Source of the DNA: Tetramitus jugosus
Taxonomy: Eukaryota > Protista > Heterolobosea
Length of the DNA stretch: 64,000 nucleotides
NCBI GenBank assembly: GCA_937625935.1
Contig: OW569363.1
Location: forward strand, 456,296-520,295
Reading direction: 5' to 3'
Part shown: positions 1 through 9,200 of the stretch, piece by piece
Position numbering within the stretch: the first letter of the stretch is position 1
Layout: each line of letters starts with the position of its first letter
Position numbers and translations under genes: made by a program
The notes under the pieces: generated by a model
What the model was told of the DNA's origin: nothing
Databases searched by the model: none
The model's input: only the letters and a program-made list of their open reading frames with translations

Positions 1-603
1 CAAAATACGCTCCAGACTGTGAGATACACTGTGAACAAGACGGATAAACATGCATTTTACTTGTATGTGAGAGAGGAGATGGACACGATTGAGGCGTTAT
101 TGCAACAGTATGATTTAACGTTTTCACAGGGATACGTCGACCAAGATATCAAATACAAGTCCATTATGGAGAATCGTATTCCAGGTGAGGAAAAGGACTC
201 ACAATTATTTGAGTTTTTGCGTCAACCAACGTTCACTGGTTTGAACAGAGAACTCAGACTCTCCGATTTGAATTTTGCAACATTTAGAGGTAGAGTACCA
301 GACATGCCTCACATGAAAAAATCTAAACAATCCAATCTATCAAAGGCAAGGTCCAATTCCGAGAGGAAGAAGCTTTCAGCGAGAAAATCGGGTGTACCAG
401 CCGAAATGAGCGAACAAATTTCACTTGTTGACAAGCTGAAGAGCTCTGCTACAGAAATGATTGAAATGGTTGAGATGCAAACACCCAGAAACACAATACA
501 GCAGCCCGCGGTCTCCACTCCTACGAGTGATACGTCTAACCAAGTGACGTCACCATCCGAAGAATCAACCTCTGTTCATGTACCATTACTCGAAGACAAG
601 TAG
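1..603 (+). CDS. 3' part of an unknown protein; frame open from the window start
   Basis: Frame is open from position 1 to TAG at 601-603. The listed GTG start is not a likely eukaryotic start. Low-complexity S/T-rich C-terminus; no recognisable motif. Confidence 0.5.
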   Translation, partial: QNTLQTVRYTVNKTDKHAFYLYVREEMDTIEALLQQYDLTFSQGYVDQDIKYKSIMENRIPGEEKDSQLFEFLRQPTFTGLNRELRLSDLNFATFRGRVPDMPHMKKSKQSNLSKARSNSERKKLSARKSGVPAEMSEQISLVDKLKSSATEMIEMVEMQTPRNTIQQPAVSTPTSDTSNQVTSPSEESTSVHVPLLEDK

Positions 604-656
604 TTGTATTTTAGTTTTCTCTAATTACTTCTATTACAAACCTTGTTACCCTTTCT

Positions 657-2168
657 TTATTCAAAGTTGGTTATTTTGGTTGCACAACCGTTCTTATCCT
701 TTGGAGTTGAAGAAGCATCACTCATAGGTACTTCCTTCTCCTGGACTTTCTCCGTGATTGGTGTTGGTCTCAAATAGAATCGAGCAATGAGGGGCACATG
801 ATCCGATCCATACTTTTCTGATGGAATAGCAGTATCCTCTGTAAGTTCACTCTCCTTTGGTATCTTACTAATTTCATAGGGTGCAATATGGCTGGGGTAT
901 TGATTCTTCATTGGAGAAGTATCATCGTCTCTCAAAAGCATCATATAGTCCACTGTTCCACACCACCCATCATTGTATGTTGTGAATGGAGGCTCATTGC
1001 AATCTTTCTCCCACTCGATATCTCTCATTTGAACGGGATAGATCTCTCTGTCGAGTTGTGCATAATTTGAAAACACGCTATACCACATTGGAAAGCTCTC
1101 TTTGTTCATTTGTTCCTTAATCAAGCTGTGTACATGACTTAACCGCAGTGTGGTATCAAATATTGAGTGGTCATGCAATGAGTAATGAACTCTGTTAAGC
1201 CACCATTCGAGGTCATGTCGATCAACAGATTTCCTTCTCTTTGCCGATTCTTTTCTTTCCAGCTGCTCTAATTCTCTTTGTTCTTGAATTGGTTCCTGTG
1301 CCTCTTCTTTGATGTCAACTGAATCTAATGCCTGATGTTTGTGAAGTTCCACAATTTCTTGAAGACTCGTGTTTTGTAAAATATCTTTTGGAAGCAAGAA
1401 CTCTGACAAGGATTGTTTCAAGGATTGGGTATCATCAGGATCAAGGTCAAGTATACATTTTCTTGTCTGTGAATTTGTTAACAGAGAGTATACCATCGAG
1501 CTCGGTACCATGTTAAAGTCTCCCATGATCACCACTGGCCAGTTTCTGTTCTTGTTTATCTCTTTAATTTCCTGCATCAGATAACACAACTGTCTTAATC
1601 GAGTGTAAGAGTAATTGAATCTCCAAAATGCGTGAGTGTTCGCAACGATGATATGGTATGCTTGTTTTGAGTCTTTTGAGTTTATATCGTCTTTCATTCT
1701 CAGAGCACAGATTTGAGCAACATTAGACTTGCACAACTCAAAGAACTTGACTCCTTTCAAATCATTCGCCAAATTTTGATACTCAACCAGTTTGTATTCA
1801 ACCATTTCAAATTTATCACTCTTGAATGCAATAGTCAACCCATAGAGCTTTAATGAGTCTTTGTGGGAGCTGACTTTCGGTTGATGTATGCAGGAGTAGC
1901 CCAATTTATCCAGCTCATCTTCCCAGAAATCCTCGAAAAAGTCCATTTCTTGACAGCAGACGACATCTGCATTACAATCGGAGATTTCATCAAGGAGTAA
2001 TTGTCTCCTGTTCTTCCAACGACCTGCAGTTTTTGAAATATACTTGAAACTGGTTCTTCGATTCATGAGCGTTTGTGCAAGTGTGTTGTAAGTCATGATC
2101 GTAATCGATTTACAATCATTTTTGGTTGACTCATTCGTGATTGATTCAAGGGGGAGAAATTCTTTCAT
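657..2168 (-). CDS. CCR4/nocturnin/Angel-like EEP-family phosphatase/nuclease
   Basis: Motifs IMTYNTLAQ, DVVCCQEMD, VANTH, MGDFN, GTVDY and GSDHVPL. First ATG is at 2168 (the listed 2189 start is GTG). Confidence 0.85.
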   Translation of the reverse strand: MKEFLPLESITNESTKNDCKSITIMTYNTLAQTLMNRRTSFKYISKTAGRWKNRRQLLLDEISDCNADVVCCQEMDFFEDFWEDELDKLGYSCIHQPKVSSHKDSLKLYGLTIAFKSDKFEMVEYKLVEYQNLANDLKGVKFFELCKSNVAQICALRMKDDINSKDSKQAYHIIVANTHAFWRFNYSYTRLRQLCYLMQEIKEINKNRNWPVVIMGDFNMVPSSMVYSLLTNSQTRKCILDLDPDDTQSLKQSLSEFLLPKDILQNTSLQEIVELHKHQALDSVDIKEEAQEPIQEQRELEQLERKESAKRRKSVDRHDLEWWLNRVHYSLHDHSIFDTTLRLSHVHSLIKEQMNKESFPMWYSVFSNYAQLDREIYPVQMRDIEWEKDCNEPPFTTYNDGWCGTVDYMMLLRDDDTSPMKNQYPSHIAPYEISKIPKESELTEDTAIPSEKYGSDHVPLIARFYLRPTPITEKVQEKEVPMSDASSTPKDKNGCATKITNFE

Positions 2169-2222
2169 CTGTACTTGTGTGATATACACTTTCTTGAATT
2201 TGTTTAGTTTGAAACAAACAAA

Positions 2223-2988
2223 ATGGAATGCATTGCCAGAGAGATCATAACATCCCCATATTTTCGGTGCTCGTTCCTTGAAGGAGCAAAAAAAGAACTT
2301 TGCGAAAAAAGCAGTGATCGCTACCAGAGAGACATGAGTGCAAGGTCAGAGAAGAGCTTCCACACTGGGCACTACCCATCTGATCACTGGGCCATGCAAC
2401 CCTGCCTACTCAGTGATCCAAAGGTCATCTGTCTCGCGTACTTTAAGAACTTTGAGTACGCAGTGTACTTGAATCCTACGGACAAGAGAGGATATCGCAA
2501 GGCTGATCTGCAAGGGGGATATGCAGTCGACATTCAATCGAAATTATCAAACTCTGGAAAAGATTGGATTTGGGTTGTTGATGCAGCTAATGACCGATGT
2601 CTATGGTGAGATTGTACCCATTGCACAATCAGCGGTCGCAGGCAACAATTCACACGAGTTTGATGTGGAGACTGGCATGTCCAAGATTGGTAAAGTGGAA
2701 GAACCGTGGTTTTTGCATGGTCATATCTTTGGACGTGGGAATCCAAAGAGTGAATATGTGGCGGGAGTTCCATTGGATGGACCTGTTCCTGGATATTGCT
2801 TTGATATGATGGCGAAAACTTTGAGCGAAGAGGGCAATGATGCAAAAGTACTTTGGAGAGAAGGGGAGATTGAAAAGGTTGTGAGTGCATTGAAACTTAG
2901 AATTATTGATGTCAAGGATCCGTACGAAGAACAAGGATTACGCATCCAGTGCGCAAATGAAGAGTCTTGGGCAGTAGTAAATAAATAA
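2223..2988 (+). pseudogene. HIT-like protein split by a frameshift near 2495-2520 (pseudogene or assembly indel)
   Basis: Two overlapping same-strand ORFs (2223-2609, 2521-2988) read as one protein (…VYLNPTDKRGY / RLICKGDMQSTF…). HIT-like WFLHGHIFGR motif. No GT-AG intron fits the junction. Confidence 0.5.
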
Positions 2989-3001
2989 ATAGAACAAAAT
3001 T

Positions 3002-5629
3002 TTACACTTCAGGTGCGATAGGACTGCTTACAGCTGGTGTCACCAAACAATGGTTTGATGAGTAGTTTGCTGTTTGGTGATTCTTGATTCTTGTTTCTTG
3101 TTCGTCTTTCTGATTCCTACTGACTCGAAGAATACTCAACCAATTTTCTTTTGTAAATTTCTTGCATGTTTCAACAATGTTCGAGGGAGGATAGGATGCA
3201 CACGGTGCTGAGTGTCTCCTTGAGAAGAATAGAGTGGGGCCTAGTGGATCTGTGAGTAAAGGGAGCTCAGAAGTATCCCTAATAGGCGAGAGCACTTCTG
3301 CTTCATGTTCGGTGCATTGGAGAGATGCAACCTCATCTAGTTCAATGTTAACACAAGGAGACACACTAGATACTGTGACATTCGGTTGGCCTATTAGAGG
3401 CTCAGGATTGGGTTTTGGTTCGGACTTGTCACGCATAGGAACAGGGAATGTTCTATTTCGCAAAGCATGGGGCAACAGTTGAAAGATGTTACAAGGTGAT
3501 CCAATTCCCTTCAATTGATAATACCCTAATTTTTTCACTGCAACAGCATGTCCCACTGGATCTCTAATAATTTGCATTCCATCCTTGACTTGATTCAAAA
3601 ACTGTTCAGATACGAGTATCTGCCCACCGTAAGCTGCATTCGTGATTCGCGCAGCCAGATTCACATCATTACCATGATAATCATACCTCATTGTTGTTCT
3701 GTCCATTTGAGGGGTAGGGCTACCGTAATGAGCACCGATACGGACACGAAGTCCACGATAAATCATTTCTCCACCCTCGTCCACTTCAAACTTTGAACAA
3801 CCATGATTGAGCAAGGAGTTGGGCCAGTTGACTTGCAATAAATCTTCTTGAACCCTGAGCATCCACAACAGAGCGTCCATTGGATCCTTGAAGGCACACA
3901 TGAATGAGTCCCCTTGAGTTTTGATTTCAAACCCATGAAGCTCCTTCAAGAGAGACCTCAGAAGGCGATTGTGCTTATCAAGTGATGATTTCATGGCATC
4001 TTGATCCTTGTTCCATAAGATGGTAGAGTCTTGAATATCCGTGAACAGAATTGTAAAATTTCCTCCTGTTGGTGCCAGAACATTCACCTTTTTCACCTTG
4101 TGGACTCTGACCCTCCAACACAGGAGAAGAGCAATGGAAAGAAAGACAATACAGATGAACGCTGCCAGAATCACTGCCAGACACACAATGAGAGTAATAT
4201 TCTTCTCACTGACACAGAGAACTGCTTTCCCAGAGGTTGAGTCCAGTTGAATACAAATCGGCCCCTGATTGTAACCAATACCTGTCATGTTCCCGAATAG
4301 AAAGCTCTTTTGAAGATCTATATTCATCTCTTCTTGTAGAGCCACTATCGCTCGCAAAGCAAACACATTTGTACAATAATTGTCAATCGGAAGATTATAG
4401 ATATCCGAGGAGATGAATCCATTTTCAACAGAATTCTCAATGACTCGATTGACTTGAGACATGTTCATTACACCTATACCAAGAGGACCAGAGGGCCATA
4501 CGAGACGGTTCACTTCTCTAATTTGCAACGATTGGTGCAAATTACGTTCAGGTAGCGTTGTTAAGCACTGAGCTTCGTGATCCCTACAATAAATCCATCC
4601 CTTCATACTGGCTTTCAAGAATAGAGGCATCACATCTCGATTACTCACTTCTCCTTCTTCAGTGACGTTGCTATTCAGCCATTCTTCATGCACGAGAATC
4701 ACATTATCAAACGGTAAAATGTCATCACTGCTCAGTGAAAACACATTAAAGTCACTCAGTTCCCATAACCGATCGCTATTCTTTTTCTTTAGCTCTAACA
4801 ATTGAAGCAGCTCGTTATGACTGTACATGAGCATAAAATCAAAGAACGCATTGGGTTGAACGAGAGGAACAGGAGAGAAGGATTGCGGCATGAGATGAAC
4901 CTCAGTCGTCTCATTAATTCCATGTTCCCTCAATGTAGCGATAAAAGGTAGTTGGTCTTGGTTCCAATATCCTAGAGTCTTTCCCTTCAGCTTTTCCCAT
5001 GAGTCAAGACCTGAGGACTTCATGGTTACACCACGTAGACCAGAACGAGAATTCGTTTGCCACACTGCTGTCAAATTTAATCCTTGTTCGCGCGCGGAAA
5101 AAACCGTTGCAAAGGAAGAAATGTAAAGTTGCGCGAGTCCTGCTCTTACATACTTGAGGGAGTCGATTCCAGGTCCTCCAGGAATAATTGTAAAATCGAT
5201 GCATTCTTGAGCAAAATATCCAAGTGAATCGGCAGCTATGAAGCCAACGTACTCTGCCTGAATCACCCATTTGACCGCGAGACTAATCTTGTACACCTTC
5301 TTGCAGTGCCCATAGGGATCAGGATCGGTGTTACTAATTGGGTTTGGGTTTTGAGTGCTACTGTCAACGTGACTCTCGGCCACTAGAGGAAGAGTTGCTT
5401 CTGGTTGATTGGAGAATGGTGTGGTAATCTTAGTATGTGGCTGATGAAGTTCAGGTTGTGTTTGAGTCATGGGTTTCTGTTCCGAGTGTGGCACGGCGAG
5501 GAGAAGAAAAAACAGGCAAAGTATGAGAAAGGAGAACAAGCATGAAATTGCCCACCGCCGCCGATGAAGTGCGTTATTGTTGATTGAATGGGAGTGTAAC
5601 ATTGTTGGTGAGATGTGTTTCAACCGCAT
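3002..5629 (-). CDS. Receptor-type class III adenylate cyclase with an extracellular NMT1/THI5-like solute-binding domain
   Basis: N-terminal TM, then a THI5-like region (KWVIQAEYVGFIAA…GYFAQECI…IIPGGP; LKGKTLGYW), a second TM, and a cyclase domain (FTDIQDST, EIKTQGDSFM, RYDYHGNDVNLAARI). First ATG is at 5629. Confidence 0.85.
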   Translation of the reverse strand: MRLKHISPTMLHSHSINNNALHRRRWAISCLFSFLILCLFFLLLAVPHSEQKPMTQTQPELHQPHTKITTPFSNQPEATLPLVAESHVDSSTQNPNPISNTDPDPYGHCKKVYKISLAVKWVIQAEYVGFIAADSLGYFAQECIDFTIIPGGPGIDSLKYVRAGLAQLYISSFATVFSAREQGLNLTAVWQTNSRSGLRGVTMKSSGLDSWEKLKGKTLGYWNQDQLPFIATLREHGINETTEVHLMPQSFSPVPLVQPNAFFDFMLMYSHNELLQLLELKKKNSDRLWELSDFNVFSLSSDDILPFDNVILVHEEWLNSNVTEEGEVSNRDVMPLFLKASMKGWIYCRDHEAQCLTTLPERNLHQSLQIREVNRLVWPSGPLGIGVMNMSQVNRVIENSVENGFISSDIYNLPIDNYCTNVFALRAIVALQEEMNIDLQKSFLFGNMTGIGYNQGPICIQLDSTSGKAVLCVSEKNITLIVCLAVILAAFICIVFLSIALLLCWRVRVHKVKKVNVLAPTGGNFTILFTDIQDSTILWNKDQDAMKSSLDKHNRLLRSLLKELHGFEIKTQGDSFMCAFKDPMDALLWMLRVQEDLLQVNWPNSLLNHGCSKFEVDEGGEMIYRGLRVRIGAHYGSPTPQMDRTTMRYDYHGNDVNLAARITNAAYGGQILVSEQFLNQVKDGMQIIRDPVGHAVAVKKLGYYQLKGIGSPCNIFQLLPHALRNRTFPVPMRDKSEPKPNPEPLIGQPNVTVSSVSPCVNIELDEVASLQCTEHEAEVLSPIRDTSELPLLTDPLGPTLFFSRRHSAPCASYPPSNIVETCKKFTKENWLSILRVSRNQKDEQETRIKNHQTANYSSNHCLVTPAVSSPIAPEV

Positions 5630-6294
5630 TGTATCTGATTGACAAAGTTTCGGATTTTGTAACACGATTTTTGATTGTGTCAACCGCTGATGATGAAGAT
5701 TGTTGTTTGGACGGAGAGTTGTTGGTGTGTTTTTGTGAAGTAAGAACTGCTCTGTTGTTGAGCTTGATGGTTGTTGGTTGTATCGCAACACAATACCTCG
5801 GCAGAGCTCCTTTATTTTTATCAAGTTAATTTTGCTTATTTGGGTTAGAAGTTCTTGTACGGTCAAGGGACCCTCGATTTGAAAGAGGAAATAGCGATTC
5901 CGGGAACCACGTGGAGGTGCAAGTGTCCGATCAGTATTTAGGTTATCGGACGCTTGCACCCTTATTTATTTGTCCTGGAAAGTGAAACCCCTGAGTCAAC
6001 CACGGAGCGGACACTTGTCAACAGGGCAACTTAGATTCCCGAAAGATTGTGCCGTTTTCAGGTTCAAGAGTTTCAATAACGTGACATTCAGAACGACACG
6101 TGTTACCTTAGCGAAAACTATTGTGTTCTACCGTACCATGCTGTTAATCCTTATTGAACAGCTGCCTGTTAGATGGAGCTTGAAACCTTCCTGTAAACAG
6201 CCGGACAATCTGATTCTCCGCAAGTTCAAACCCGACAAGCGGAAGAATATCGAAATTAAAAAAAATAAAGAAAAAGCTTTCGATTGGAACACAC

Positions 6295-9200
6295 ATGGGT
6301 CAGAATTTGTCCATTGCAACTGAAAAATTGATCATACAGGAGGAATTGGGTCCTCTTGGTATCGATTACCAGTATGCCCTGACCGGTGGTGATTCAAGTC
6401 CCTACCGCAGTCCCTACGTTTGCGCCAAAATTTCCTCAACGGTCAATTCTCTACAGTACACCAAAAATGGCGCGATCAATGATGATGATGATCAAGAAGA
6501 ACAACAGAACAATAATGAGTCAACAACATCATCACCCATTCAATTATTGTTTCTCAAGAGCTATAATGATCATCATCATCGACGCAGTGGCAATGGTGAA
6601 GATTCATTCTTGTTGATCAAGGTCATTCCAAAGAGTTTTGCACTGTATGAAGAACAACATGTCGAACGAAACATGTTTACGATGACGACGACGACTACGA
6701 CAAATAATGGTGGTGATGATGCAGTGAGCAGAAAAATGGACCAAGAAGTGTTCATCTCATTGTTGTACACCATTTCACAATTGTATCAAATTTCACCTGA
6801 TTTGGTGAATCAAATGTATTTTAATTATGATTTGTTTGAACAGCAATTGTCATTGCTGGAAGAAGGAGAGTGTAACAATGTCAATGGTGAACAACAAGAA
6901 GCTGAACATTTGAAAACAATGATGTTGAACAAAAAGAAGCAAAATTTTGTGCTTCAAATGTTGAATGGTTGTTTTATGCCAAAACATGCGAATTTACCAG
7001 CCTTGTACGGCGTCTTTCAATCCAAGAGAGCATTTTATTTGTTGATGGATCATCAGAATTTTACATTGGACGAGTTGTTGAAGTTTAATCAACCCATTTT
7101 AAAGTTGGATGATACAAAGAGGCGATTTTTGTTTTATCAAATGATTCAATTCGTTTTCTTTTGTCACAAGAGTGGATTTGCTCATGGAAAGATTCGGCCG
7201 TGCAACATTTTGTTGAATGATATGTTATGGGTGTCGATTATTGGACAAGATATATTGTACACACCAAAATTGGATGATCCCATGTTTGCTGTGACCAATG
7301 ATGGTGGTAGTGGTGGTCATGTGGTGCCTGATGGTGCAAATGCAACGCGGGAAGTTGATGGTAGCTCATCGTCGTCGCCATCATCGTTGGTTGTGCCACC
7401 ATTGCGTCTCAATTCACCATCGATTCGCAACAACAACGATTCACCTGCAATGGTGAGTGCCCGAGCACCCTCTCCCACAGTCCCAGCCTCTCACAGCAAC
7501 AACAACAATACAAATTATTATGGTAGTTTGCCTTCACTCGAGTCAATATCGGGTGGGACCAACAACACATATGGTTCAGTCAATCGCTCAAGTGTTGTCG
7601 ATGATGATTTGGTGTCATCTGTTATTTCTCGCTGGCAGAAGAGGGAGATTAGTAATTATGAGTACTTGATTGCTTTGAATGAGATGGCTGGAAGACGTCT
7701 TGGCGATTCGCAATTTCATCCTATTCTTCCCTGGGTCATGGATTTCAGTAGTCCGTTCGGAGAGTGGAGAGATTTAACGAAAACAAAATATAGATTGAAT
7801 AAGGGTGATCAAATGCTCGATTTTACATTTCAGTCTCCAGAGAATCCTCATCATGTCACTGAACCTCTATCTGAAATTACCTATTTTATTTATATGGCTC
7901 GAAGAACACCCGTCGAATTGTTGAAGCTTCACGTGAGAACGCATTACGAACCGAGAGAGTATCCATTAAGTGTAGTGCGCATGTATCATTGGACTCCTGA
8001 TGAGTGCATACCTGAATTGTACACTGATCCCTCTGTTTTTAAGAGCATTCATCCAGACATGAGTGATCTTGAGCTACCGGAATGGGCCACAGATGCCAAT
8101 GATTTTATTCAAAAACATCGAGAAGCACTGGAGAGTGATCAAGTCAGTCGACAGCTTCATCACTGGATTGACTTGATCTTTGGATACAAGTTGAGTGGAC
8201 AAGCGGCAATTGATGCAAAGAATGTGATGCTGAAAAAGGAACACAATGACTTAATACCTACACGGTATGGATATGTACAGTTGTTTAACGATCCGCATCC
8301 TCCTCGATTCTGTTCCTCTATTCAGGATGATGCGAACGGTCTAGAGTTAGCTTTCTATGAGCAGACGCTTCGTTTCAGTGCAACATACTTCTCAACGCCA
8401 GAATACCACACTATCCCTTATCTGATACGAGCAAAGAAATGCCAAATCGAAGTTTCTCAAAAAGATTTATTTGCAGATGATATGTTTGCTCTTGGTTGTC
8501 TATTAGCTGAGTTATACACATTTCAGCCATTGTTCAATTCCAAGACCCTTGACTATTATCTCACGAATCCAGATATGTCAAAGTACAAATCTGTTCCTCA
8601 GTTCGAGAAAATTCCGCAGCCTGCACGATTTATTATTGAATCTTTGATTGATTTGGATGCTTCCAAACGAAAGAAAGTATTCCAGCATCCACAGAGTAAG
8701 CGAATGTTTCCGACATTCTTCAAGTTTGCTTACTGGTTTTTAAGCAAATTTTATACTTTGCCAACCCAGGAGGAAAAATTATCTTTTGCCATGAAACATG
8801 TAACTCCTAATTCTGTGGAGAGAGAGTTTTTCTCATCTGGATATAATCCATACATGAACAATGGAGGATTATTGGTAGATCTGCCATCTGAGGGTTTGGA
8901 GATAACATTGCCTCATGTGTTGCAATATTTCTTTTCGGTGAAGAAGGTGATCACAACATCAGGTGTAGTGGATGTACAACATCTGAGATCGTGGTGCGAC
9001 GGAGTCAAAATACTCAAAAAAGTTGGAAAACACATTAATAGGTCAAAACTTCTGAGATGTGAGACCATTAGAAAGTTGGTGAAAAAGAAGTTAAACGAGT
9101 TGTATTTGGAGAGTGAAAAGATGGAAGGCCGAACTTTGCCTGCTCAAGATCTTGCAATTTTGACTGACCTCCAGTTAAATTTGTACTCATTCTCATTTTC

